NCBI GenBank assembly: GCA_045805065.1
Contig: JBJMMA010000184.1
Span: 1-28,269 of the forward strand
Direction: 5' to 3'
From: Bdellovibrionia bacterium
Lineage (GTDB): Bacteria > Bdellovibrionota > UBA1018
DNA: 28,269 bases
In this document: piece by piece, positions 1 to 8,175 of the stretch
Layout of the letters: each line of letters starts with the position of its first letter
Position numbering within the stretch: the stretch's first letter is position 1
The notes under the pieces: model-generated
Databases searched by the model: none
Seen by the model: only the letters and a program-made list of their open reading frames with translations
Told to the model about the DNA's origin: nothing
Program-made: the position numbers and the translations under genes

Positions 1-1
1 A

Positions 2-286
2 CTTTATGAGCCGCACTGGAAAAATCATCCGGAGTGGGTCATTCGACTGATTAAAGAGGGTAAGATGGATGGCTACCTTATGGGTGGGAAGTTTTCTCCT
101 CAAGATCCACCGCTCCTGACTTTACCCCATTGGAGAGACCATCCGGAGCTTCGGCGATTGGCCGGAGGAGCTGAGCCTTCAATTGAGAATCTTCGAGAAG
201 CTATCGCGAGAGCTGAATCGGCTCGCGTTTCTCATTCCGCTTCGGAAGCTTGTGTTTCCAGTCATTTGACTGAAGCACTGAAATAG
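2..286 (+). CDS. 3' end of a hypothetical repeat protein (5'-truncated by the window)
   Basis: The frame of track ORF 65..286 is open back to position 2 (LYEPHWKNHPEWVIRLIKEGKMDG...) and holds two copies of PHW[KR][ND]HPE; stop TAG at 284-286. Confidence 0.75.
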   Translation, partial: LYEPHWKNHPEWVIRLIKEGKMDGYLMGGKFSPQDPPLLTLPHWRDHPELRRLAGGAEPSIENLREAIARAESARVSHSASEACVSSHLTEALK

Positions 287-394
287 TCTGAAAACCGGAT
301 CTTTTGACCGAAGACTTTTTCTTCATCGCGTTTAAGCAAATAAAACAAGTATTGAGCGCGCGTCTCTTGTCACAAGACTTGCTCATGCCAGGGC

Positions 395-1426
395 ATGTCG
401 CTCCTTCAATACTTTCTAGCCATATCGTCATTTTTTCTAGGAGTCAGAATCCTTTATCGAGAATGCCTAAGAGATCTCAACTTCGGGTTTGGAATCCAAA
501 AACAAAGACTCGAGATGCAAAGAGTGCATCATCTCCTGCAAGAAATCGAAGAGCTTCTAGGAGCAGGAATGCTTCCTTCTAAAGAACATTGGGAACGGCT
601 CCAAAAACTTCCGCCGCCGTGGGGAACTCTTTCGCATGATAGTCTGCAGGAGCTCAGATCCAGTGGAAGCGCGATCCTTCCAACGTTGAGACGAATCAAA
701 GACCTCGCTACAGGACAAATCCGCGCCTTGGCGGATGCGCGAGCAAGATCTTCGCAAGCTTTTGCACAAGCCCTGGCTTGCACACTTCTGATCCCGGCTT
801 TTGGCGGAGTTTTATATTGGCTTTTGCCTGGCGTGAGTGATTCGCCCTGGGTTTGGATTTTACTCTGCGTCGTTTCGATTTTGATCGCAGGCGTGGGGGC
901 TCTCTGGCTTTTATCGATGGCACAAGAGGCGAGATGGGCTGGGCTTCCAAAAGCGTCGAGAACTTGGATATTAGCCTCTCAATGCGCGGGCGAAAGATTT
1001 CTTGCTCTTGTCCGTGCAGGAACTCCAGCAGATCTGGCGTGGGGGAGAGCCATTGAGCTTTTGTCGCGTGAGGCGCCATCACTTGCGCTTTTATGGGGAC
1101 ATTCCGTTTGGAAGTCCGCTCCTCTCGATCCAAGCAGCGTTTCAAATCCCGCATCGAGACTTTTCTTTGAAACAGGAGAATCCCTCAGACGTGCCGTTCA
1201 AGTGAGTCTGATGGAAGGTAGACCCTGTGCGGAGAGAGTTGAGGGAGCGCTCTCATCTCTTTCTCACGAGATCAAAGCGCGCATCGAAGCAGAGCTGACA
1301 CTCTTATCCACCCGCGCCCTGAAGCCACTTTTTCTGTGCGTGGCTCCCGGAATCTTTCTGCTTTTGGGCGCAGGCTTTCTGCTTTGCCTTCTGGCTTCAA
1401 GCCACGAGGCGCTCGGAGGTTTTTAA
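395..1426 (+). CDS. Tad pilus inner-membrane platform protein (T2SSF family), apparently with TadB-like and TadC-like halves
   Basis: 343 aa with several TM segments. TadB-like segment ...ARARSSQAFAQA + TM pair, then TadC-like end LSTRALKPLFLCVAPGIFLLL. Lies near cpaF and cpaC. Confidence 0.7.
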   Translation: MSLLQYFLAISSFFLGVRILYRECLRDLNFGFGIQKQRLEMQRVHHLLQEIEELLGAGMLPSKEHWERLQKLPPPWGTLSHDSLQELRSSGSAILPTLRRIKDLATGQIRALADARARSSQAFAQALACTLLIPAFGGVLYWLLPGVSDSPWVWILLCVVSILIAGVGALWLLSMAQEARWAGLPKASRTWILASQCAGERFLALVRAGTPADLAWGRAIELLSREAPSLALLWGHSVWKSAPLDPSSVSNPASRLFFETGESLRRAVQVSLMEGRPCAERVEGALSSLSHEIKARIEAELTLLSTRALKPLFLCVAPGIFLLLGAGFLLCLLASSHEALGGF

Positions 1427-1713
1427 TGATTGCTGCAAAGCTTTGCGAATGGGCACTTGTCAGCCTGATCTTTGCTTTGATTTTAGGCGGAAAACCCTGG
1501 GAATTTCCCGCTCACGGCAAATACTGGCTGGAAGAGCCGGTTATACCCCGGCTCGGAGAGCTGACTATACTAAGATCGGGACGTAAGGATTCTTCTTCCG
1601 CGAAGCGATTTCCATCGAAGCAGTCTGGTTCGCGCGAAGCGCAGACTCGAGCTTGCCGCGGTTGTAGACATGGATCTCAAGGTCGGAGAACTTCGAAGTC
1701 GCGCAATAAATGA
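1426..1713 (+). CDS. Possible small membrane / pilin-like protein
   Basis: ATG overlaps the upstream stop (TAATG, 1424-1428); N-terminus MIAAKLCEWALVSLIFALILGG is hydrophobic. However, the last 149 nt overlap the convergent gene. Confidence 0.35.
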   Translation: MIAAKLCEWALVSLIFALILGGKPWEFPAHGKYWLEEPVIPRLGELTILRSGRKDSSSAKRFPSKQSGSREAQTRACRGCRHGSQGRRTSKSRNK

Positions 1714-2668
1714 GCGAGCCGTTCGTGTCCTCCAGCGAGAGCCCTGCAAAATCCTTGTGCTCAACGGATGCGCGTCCGCGGAACAAAAGATCTCCGCGTT
1801 CGGCCTGGAAAGTCCAGTCATTCAAAGAGTGGCGGGACTGAAGACGGATCGCATCGCGAATATTGTTAAAGTGATGCTGCTGTCCCTGATAAAGGAAGTA
1901 GAGCGATGAGATCTTCGGGCTAGGGATTCCGCCCAGAAGATGGCTTCTCATGCTGAGACCTTCAAAAACAAACGGCACAGGAACGCCTTGCTCGTTTGTG
2001 AAGACGTTGCAGTGTCCATGGATCCAGGAGTGCGCGTTTCTCGGGCCGCTTTGATGACCTTGCATGCCAGGCGCGCGGTTGAACTGGTACTCTTCGCCGT
2101 TCACGCGAACAACGCCGGTGAAAGCAAGATCCGGCTGAGGCGTGACGATCATGTGGCGAACCAGACCCATTCGTTTCACGGCGCCTGGAACCAGATCGAA
2201 CTCGGTCGACTGGCGAGGCTCCATCGTGAGTTCCCATTCAATGCTTCGGCCTTTGGATTGAACTTTTCCGCGAGTGGTCGTGTCCGAGAACTCGCAATCG
2301 GCGATTTGAAAGCCTTCCTTGTTCATCACCGTGGAGAAAGTCTTGAGATCAAAACTTTCCTTGAGCGCGATCTTCTGGGCTTCGCTGCCAGGATTCTTCT
2401 GAAAGAAAACGCCCCAGGCTTCGGCTACGCGGCGAAAACCGTTGCTGCTGATGAGGATGGAAAATCTTAAGTCCAGCGCGCGAAGAGTCAATGGATCGCG
2501 AAGGCTCAAATACCAAGACTCCTGATAAGGGCCTTGTGGAAAAGTAGTGCCCGTCACAGGATCGGTATATCCGCGCGCAGGTGAGTCCGAACCCGGAATT
2601 CCGGACGTTTTCGAAGTCGAAGCAGATTGTGCGGGATTTTTTTGCCAAGCTGGAGAATTTAAATTCAT
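1565..2668 (-). CDS. Hypothetical protein, tocopherol cyclase / AttH-like beta-barrel family
   Basis: 367 aa, beta-rich; motifs YQESWYL, IEWELTME, FTGVVRVNGEEY and GMQGHQSG..AHSWIHGHCN resemble this family. Confidence 0.6.
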   Translation of the reverse strand: MNLNSPAWQKNPAQSASTSKTSGIPGSDSPARGYTDPVTGTTFPQGPYQESWYLSLRDPLTLRALDLRFSILISSNGFRRVAEAWGVFFQKNPGSEAQKIALKESFDLKTFSTVMNKEGFQIADCEFSDTTTRGKVQSKGRSIEWELTMEPRQSTEFDLVPGAVKRMGLVRHMIVTPQPDLAFTGVVRVNGEEYQFNRAPGMQGHQSGPRNAHSWIHGHCNVFTNEQGVPVPFVFEGLSMRSHLLGGIPSPKISSLYFLYQGQQHHFNNIRDAIRLQSRHSLNDWTFQAERGDLLFRGRASVEHKDFAGLSLEDTNGSLIYCATSKFSDLEIHVYNRGKLESALRANQTASMEIASRKKNPYVPILV

Positions 2669-2707
2669 ATTGCGTCACATAGTCTCCCATAAGGGGGGAG
2701 GAAGTGT

Positions 2708-3661
2708 CTAGACTGTTATAGGGCGTAAAAGAATCGTATCTCCTTCTCGTCCCTCTACCTTAGACAGCTCCACGATCTCGCGCCGAGATCCCACGCGAGA
2801 AACCTGAGCAATCCACTGCACCCCGACCGCCATGAGTTCCCGAATAGCAGTCAAGGGAAGGTTCGCCGCCCCCGACAAAAGGCAAAGAAGCTCGATGCGT
2901 CGAAGAGTGTCTCTCGGATGATGGGCGTGAAGCGTGGCAAGCAATCCGCGATGTCCGGTGTTCATGGCTTGAAGCAGATCGAGCACCTCGGGGCCGCGGC
3001 ACTCGCCGAGCACAATTCGATCAGGCCGCATGCGAAGCGCCTGCCTGAGAAGCGATCGGAGTGTGACCTCGCCGTAACCATCCGCATTAGGCGGGCGGCT
3101 GACCAGACTTAAAAAATGTGGGTGGAAGGGTGCAAGCTCCGGCGTATCCTCGAGCGCGATGATTCTTTCGTTCTCAGGGACAAACGATAAAAGATCGGTT
3201 GCAAGCGTTGTCTTTCCTGCGCCGGTTGAGCCCGCGATCAGAATGGATTCGCCCGCACGGCATGCGGTCTTGAGAACTTCGAAATAGTGCGCGCTTTTGG
3301 GAGTCGTCGACCAACGTTCGCCGCTTGCTTGTCGAGGATAGGGAAGGCGTCTCAACGAAACCAGGATGCCTTGGCGTGCCAGAGGAGGAAACGCGACATG
3401 CACACGATGCCCGCTCGGAAGAGTTGCATCAATGAAAGGATGGCGCGCATCCCAGGTTTTTCCCGCTGCAGTGATCTGCTCTAAAACCCACGTGCGCATA
3501 TCCTCTGCGCTCCAGGGCTCAAAAGCCTGCGCCGCAGATAACCGTTCAAGCCCCTGACCGCGGTCTATGAAAACATCGGCAGGGCCATTCAAAAGAAGAT
3601 CCGTGATCTCAGGCGAGTCCATCGCCTTTGAAAGCCAATCGGGAGTCCCAAGTGCACTCAT
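2708..3661 (-). CDS. cpaF: TadA/CpaF pilus assembly ATPase (short form)
   Basis: Walker A GSTGAGKTT, Asp box LEDTPEL, ALRMRPDRIVLGECRGPE, His box NTGH..TLHAH. Start placed at the ATG 3661, which overlaps the cpaC stop (ATGA); the track start is 3676. Confidence 0.9.
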   Translation of the reverse strand: MSALGTPDWLSKAMDSPEITDLLLNGPADVFIDRGQGLERLSAAQAFEPWSAEDMRTWVLEQITAAGKTWDARHPFIDATLPSGHRVHVAFPPLARQGILVSLRRLPYPRQASGERWSTTPKSAHYFEVLKTACRAGESILIAGSTGAGKTTLATDLLSFVPENERIIALEDTPELAPFHPHFLSLVSRPPNADGYGEVTLRSLLRQALRMRPDRIVLGECRGPEVLDLLQAMNTGHRGLLATLHAHHPRDTLRRIELLCLLSGAANLPLTAIRELMAVGVQWIAQVSRVGSRREIVELSKVEGREGDTILLRPITV

Positions 3662-5220
3662 TGAAGCACGTTCCACGGATAATCGTTCGATTGCTGAAGT
3701 GCTCGCTCCTGGTCAGGGTTTGCCGGAGCGCGAGGTGCGGGCATGGGGCCTTTCGGCAGAAGGCGCAGGATTCGCTCCATCGGATTTTTAGGAAGCTCTT
3801 TGGAAGGAACGAGGATGGCGACAAGCTCGGATTTTTCGTTCAGATAATCTTCCGAACCAAAAAGAACTCCCAGGATCGGGATCTCACGCAACATGGGAAG
3901 TCCGCGCGCCTCTTTTCTCATATTCTGTTGGAGCAGTCCGGATAAGAGGAGGGGGCGGCCATATTGGGCGTCGACTTGCGTTTTCATTCGATTGGCTTGG
4001 ATTCCAGGAATTTTTTGAATCGAGATCGTCGGATCCAGATGGCTGACCTCGGTTGCGATATCGAGTCTGACTCGATCGCCCGCGGAGTGCGTGACGTGAA
4101 GGTGCAGCAGGAGACCAAAGTTCTTCCAGGTGACGGACGAAAAGTAAGCCGACTTGCTTTCGATGGGAATTTCGCCACCCGAGAAAAGCTCCGCATCCCC
4201 GGGGGCCCGAACCACAAGTTCAGGATTGGAGAGAATTTTCACCGACCCATCGCCCTCCAGGGCTTGAAGGGTGAGGTCGAGTTGAAGCATGTCCTGGATT
4301 CCGGAAGTCGTGACTCGAAAAGCGGCTTCCTGGTACGGAGGCCATCCCAATCCTAGCGAGCGGAAGCGGGTCTTTTTGAGCTCCAGCAAAAAGACTTTAA
4401 AATGAACCGTCGGTGAAGCATCAGGCAGTGACTCGAGTCCAAACTGGGCGAGGGGGTAAATGGAGTGCACACGCTTTTCGATTTGGGCCCTTTCGCCCGG
4501 GCCATGGATGTCTCCTTGAATCAGCTGAATGCCCAGCTGTTTGTCCTCGCGCACGATCTGAAGTCGCTTGGAATAAGGCGACTTGGAAAGCCATGCCTCA
4601 AGCTGCCCCTGAGCCTGATCTAGGAGGGAATCTGTCGGCTCAGTTTCATCCCGGACTTCCTGAGGAAAGCCTTGGGTCGCTAAAGCCACGCGCTCAGCCT
4701 CCTTCAAGGACTGGATTTCGCCCCGAAGGATGACCCCGGCCGTTGAGTAGTGGATTTCGACCTCCGACAGGAAGCTCAAAGCCTGGGCAAGCTTCGGGGA
4801 GATGGGGTTAGCTGAGGTCTTATCCACACGGATGACTCGGTGTTCGGCTGATCCATCCGTTTTCCAGACCCAGAGATCCGAGGGGCCAGGCTGGACAGCT
4901 TTGATCAGGAGAAGATCATTCTCGGACGAATCTTTGGGGGCTTTTTTAGCCGGAGAGGGGTGGGGGAGGGCCTGCGCCCTCACGGCTGCGTCGCTTAGGG
5001 AAAAGCGGACAAGTCCTGGAATCCTGAGCAGGCGCTGCTCTCCTAATTGAAGATAAAGAGGAGGCTTTTCGGTCTCCGAGGGGGACGCAGAATACCCCGG
5101 AGATGGGCTCGAGAGGAGCCCCAAGGTAAGTAGTGAGCCTAGGGACCATAAGAGTGCGGGAAAGAGAAGCTGGGTTGGATTCATGGCCCGCCTGTAAGGC
5201 AAGGGTTGAGCCATTCGCAT
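3658..5220 (-). CDS. cpaC: RcpA/CpaC-type Tad secretin
   Basis: N-terminal hydrophobic signal; CpaC N-domain (LLLIKAVQPGPSDLWVW); secretin core (VKILSNPELV, FSGGEIPI, GLPMLREIPILGVLFGS, SELVAILVP). Start could be 5214 or 5184. Confidence 0.88.
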   Translation of the reverse strand: MRMAQPLPYRRAMNPTQLLFPALLWSLGSLLTLGLLSSPSPGYSASPSETEKPPLYLQLGEQRLLRIPGLVRFSLSDAAVRAQALPHPSPAKKAPKDSSENDLLLIKAVQPGPSDLWVWKTDGSAEHRVIRVDKTSANPISPKLAQALSFLSEVEIHYSTAGVILRGEIQSLKEAERVALATQGFPQEVRDETEPTDSLLDQAQGQLEAWLSKSPYSKRLQIVREDKQLGIQLIQGDIHGPGERAQIEKRVHSIYPLAQFGLESLPDASPTVHFKVFLLELKKTRFRSLGLGWPPYQEAAFRVTTSGIQDMLQLDLTLQALEGDGSVKILSNPELVVRAPGDAELFSGGEIPIESKSAYFSSVTWKNFGLLLHLHVTHSAGDRVRLDIATEVSHLDPTISIQKIPGIQANRMKTQVDAQYGRPLLLSGLLQQNMRKEARGLPMLREIPILGVLFGSEDYLNEKSELVAILVPSKELPKNPMERILRLLPKGPMPAPRAPANPDQERALQQSNDYPWNVLQ

Positions 5221-5259
5221 GCTGCTCAGTGAGTGAATCTGGGCGAACCTAAAGATGCG

Positions 5260-5288
5260 TTGACAAGCGCCTACCCCAAAGCTACAAG
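5260..5288 (+). promoter_or_regulatory. Putative sigma70 promoter for the small ORF-metK transcript
   Basis: Perfect TTGACA (5260-5265), 17-nt spacer, imperfect -10 TACAAG (5283-5288). Confidence 0.45.
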
Positions 5289-5465
5289 ATTGCTTTTAAT
5301 TCCAAGGCGAAACGTGCGTTTAGGGCAGCCTGCTCTGTGCATGGGTGTTGTTGAGGAGTTCAAAGCTGACAAGCGCTCCTGGCATGAGTTCGAGAGAATT
5401 CAAAAGGTTCAGAAATGAACCGAGCGGGAACGATTTTAGCCGGTTTTAGAGGCTTTTTAAGCCGA

Positions 5466-5480
5466 AATTTTAGTAAAATT
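5466..5480. promoter_or_regulatory. Perfect 7-1-7 palindrome, candidate operator
   Basis: AATTTTA-G-TAAAATT ends 24 nt before the small ORF start and contains a -10-like TAAAAT. Confidence 0.35.
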
Positions 5481-5504
5481 GAGTCATTTTATTAGGAGTA
5501 CTTT

Positions 5505-5630
5505 ATGCCATCTCGTATGATGAAGACCAAAACCGCACGTAAGGTCCGTCAAGCTCGCAAGGGCAAGACCCGCAAGCGTAAGGAACAGAACAAGGGCACC
5601 ACGCCTAAGTTCCCAATCCACATCGACTAA
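5505..5630 (+). CDS. 41-aa Lys/Arg-rich small protein (not in ORF track)
   Basis: AGGAG (5494-5498) 6 nt before [44 protein letters not shown]; codons resemble those of metK (CGT/CGC, AAG, ACC, ATC); ends 32 nt before metK. Confidence 0.85.
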   Translation: MPSRMMKTKTARKVRQARKGKTRKRKEQNKGTTPKFPIHID

Positions 5631-5662
5631 GACGTCGTCCATTTTATAAGGAACCGATTCTC

Positions 5663-6829
5663 ATGGCCAATAACTACCTCTTCACTTCTGAGTCCGTTAC
5701 TGAAGGGCATCCAGATAAAATCGCAGACCAGATCTCTGATGCGGTTCTTGATGCTTTGTTGACTCAGGACCCACGTTCCCGCGTTGCATGCGAAACTCTT
5801 GTAACCACGGGCTTGATCGTTGTTGCTGGTGAAGTGACGACGAACGCTCGCGTGGATTACGCAGCGATTGCTCGCGAGACGGTGAAGAAAATTGGCTATG
5901 ACTCTTCTGAGAAGGGTTTTGACTACAAGACCTGCGGCGTGATGGTCACTCTGGATCGCCAGTCTCCAGATATTTCCCAAGGTGTGAGCGTCGGCGAAGG
6001 CCTTCACAACCAGAAGGAGCAGGGCGCAGGAGACCAAGGGATCATGTTCGGCTACGCCGTTCGTGAATCCGAAAACCTCATGCCGCTCACGATGGACCTT
6101 TCTCATAAGCTGTCCATGCGTCTCTCTCAAGTCCGCAAGGACGGAACGCTCCCTTGGTTGCGCCCAGACGGCAAGACCCAGGTGACCGTTGAGTATGAGA
6201 ACGGGATGCCTAAGCGCGTGGACGCAGTTGTCGTCAGCTCTCAGCACGATGAAGACGTCACGCACAAGCAGATCCAAGAAGCTCTGATTGAAGAAGTCGT
6301 GAAGAAGACGATTCCTGCTCAGTATCTCGACAGCAAGACCAAGTTCTACATCAACCCAACCGGCCGTTTCGTTATCGGTGGCCCAATGGGTGACTGTGGT
6401 CTGACCGGTCGTAAGATCATCGTCGACACCTACGGCGGACACGGCGCTCATGGCGGCGGTGCTTTCTCCGGTAAGGATCCATCGAAGGTTGACCGCTCCG
6501 CTTGCTACATGGGTCGCTATGTTGCGAAGAACCTCGTGGCAGCAGGACTTGTGGACAAGTGCTTGGTTCAGCTTGCTTACGCCATCGGCGTGGCTGAGCC
6601 AGTCAGCGTCATGGTCAATGGTTTCGGTACTGAAAAAGTGGATGCGAAGAAGCTTGAAGCTGCAGCTCGTGAAGTGTTCCATCTTCGTCCAGCCGGCATC
6701 ATCGAGTCGCTCAATTTGCTCCGTCCGATCTATTCGAAGACCGCTGCATACGGCCACTTCGGTCGCAACGATCCTGATTTCACTTGGGAACGTACCGATC
6801 AAGTATCTGCCTTGCGTGGCCTAAAATAA
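5663..6829 (+). CDS. metK: S-adenosylmethionine synthetase
   Basis: [55 protein letters not shown]. Confidence 0.99.
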   Translation: MANNYLFTSESVTEGHPDKIADQISDAVLDALLTQDPRSRVACETLVTTGLIVVAGEVTTNARVDYAAIARETVKKIGYDSSEKGFDYKTCGVMVTLDRQSPDISQGVSVGEGLHNQKEQGAGDQGIMFGYAVRESENLMPLTMDLSHKLSMRLSQVRKDGTLPWLRPDGKTQVTVEYENGMPKRVDAVVVSSQHDEDVTHKQIQEALIEEVVKKTIPAQYLDSKTKFYINPTGRFVIGGPMGDCGLTGRKIIVDTYGGHGAHGGGAFSGKDPSKVDRSACYMGRYVAKNLVAAGLVDKCLVQLAYAIGVAEPVSVMVNGFGTEKVDAKKLEAAAREVFHLRPAGIIESLNLLRPIYSKTAAYGHFGRNDPDFTWERTDQVSALRGLK

Positions 6830-6851
6830 GCCTAGCGGCTAAATTGAATTC

Positions 6852-6888
6852 AAAGGGCACCCTCTAAAAGGGGTGCCCTTTTTATTTT
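6852..6888 (+). terminator. Intrinsic terminator after metK
   Basis: AAAGGGCACCCT-ctaaaa-GGGGTGCCCTTT followed by a T-rich tract. Confidence 0.9.
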
Positions 6889-6932
6889 CGGACTTCGCAA
6901 ACCCCAAAGCTCCGGGCTAAACTAGCCAGAGC

Positions 6933-7154
6933 ATGCATCATATTTACTTCCTTGCGCGGCTCTATCCTTACTGGGCGCTCCCACTGGCTTTCGTGATGGG
7001 GCAGCTGGGCCTGCATTTTCGGCGCAGGAAATTCAAAATTCAGTACAGCTTTTGGGGGATGCTGGCCATCCTCATTCTGACTGCCATTGCCTGGGTTGTT
7101 TTTCGTGGCGACCTCAATGCGGAGCAATGGGTGCGCACGCTCGAGAAAGGCTGA
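6933..7154 (+). CDS. Small hypothetical membrane protein (2 TM)
   Basis: 73 aa; two hydrophobic segments separated by basic RRRKFK; fills the gap without overlap. Confidence 0.7.
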   Translation: MHHIYFLARLYPYWALPLAFVMGQLGLHFRRRKFKIQYSFWGMLAILILTAIAWVVFRGDLNAEQWVRTLEKG

Positions 7155-7162
7155 TGAGCGAG

Positions 7163-7969
7163 TCAGTTGCTCAGAGCTTTCAAATCCTTTTCACAGTCGT
7201 CATCGAGTGCTGGTACTTGCTCTGACGTGAAGGCTCCAATCTGTGCTCCGGACTCGGCAGCGTGGTTCATCAAACATTTTGGATTGCTGCAGGAGTGATG
7301 AACCAGATCTGCATGCGCTTTCGGATCGTCGTCCGCTGCAACAAGTCCCAGTAGATGTCCAAACTCATGAAGAAGCGTGGCTGTCTCAGCAAATGTTGGA
7401 TGTGCGGGCGCTGGAGAAATAGTTCGGAGCGAGTTCATGAAGATCGCAACCGATTGTGCGCCGTAAGCGCGTCCTAAGACTCGATCTGTTGCTACATCGC
7501 CTGCCAGGTTCTTGTCCAAGACGAGAGCGTAAAGTGCCAGCGTGCCTTTCGTCGTATAATGCCGACGATACCGGGCTTCAATCTGCTTCAAGTCGATGAT
7601 GCTGTAGCCGTCCACGCCTCGGATGTGGGTCGGGGGCGGGATCGGTGCATCGACCACGATCTGAACTCCCCGGGGCTTCTTTGCGTACTTCACAAGAAAT
7701 GCTCTCAGCTCATCCAAAGACTCGGGAGTGGGTGAGAGTCCTGCCACTGCTTGAATCTCAACCACGAGAGCAGGGAAGTGCTTTGCAGTCAGAATCTCGT
7801 CTGCGATCTTTCCTGCAGCAAGAGAAGTATCGTACGCGGGCTCAGTTCCGGGGTGGATGTCATTGCTTGCATCGTTCCCAAAAGGCGTGCACCCGTTCAG
7901 CCCTGCTGTAGCTGCAGAGATTAAGAAGATTGTTAAACAATTGAACAATAGTACGAACTTTGAGCGCAT
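7163..7969 (-). CDS. Zinc metalloprotease lipoprotein (metzincin/archaemetzincin-like)
   Basis: Lipobox-like LNG-C after a hydrophobic leader; HEFGHLLGL; downstream HSCSNPKCLM (Cys pair plus Met-turn). Confidence 0.8.
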   Translation of the reverse strand: MRSKFVLLFNCLTIFLISAATAGLNGCTPFGNDASNDIHPGTEPAYDTSLAAGKIADEILTAKHFPALVVEIQAVAGLSPTPESLDELRAFLVKYAKKPRGVQIVVDAPIPPPTHIRGVDGYSIIDLKQIEARYRRHYTTKGTLALYALVLDKNLAGDVATDRVLGRAYGAQSVAIFMNSLRTISPAPAHPTFAETATLLHEFGHLLGLVAADDDPKAHADLVHHSCSNPKCLMNHAAESGAQIGAFTSEQVPALDDDCEKDLKALSN

Positions 7970-8146
7970 TCTGCCAAATCCTCTAAGACGAGTTCTGCTT
8001 TATCACCTTGAAAACCCTGCGGTTTTTGATCTTTTGCGAAGGCGGTTTGTGCCGTCTTTTCAACTGCTACAGCAAGTTCCTGGCCATGCGGTTTGTGACG
8101 TTTTTATGGCATTTGCATTCAGATGAAGAAGTTTTCAGAAAATATT

Positions 8147-8175
8147 TTGACAGGTCGGCAAATCTTGCTTAGCCT
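8147..8175 (+). promoter_or_regulatory. Putative sigma70 promoter of the FleQ-like activator
   Basis: TTGACA (8147-8152), 17-nt spacer, TAGCCT (8170-8175). Confidence 0.6.

Noticed and set aside
2349..2690. Alternative-frame ORF with an A7 run near the start of the cyclase-like gene (possible programmed frameshift)
   Set aside because: The main ORF is intact from its own ATG and nothing else supports recoding.
5290..5504. Known SAM riboswitch, c-di-GMP-I riboswitch or 6S RNA
   Set aside because: Consensus elements and long end-to-end pairing were not found by eye; kept only as an orphan-structure candidate.
5627..6802. 391-aa antisense ORF over metK
   Set aside because: Shadow frame produced by the biased codon usage of metK; no recognisable motifs.
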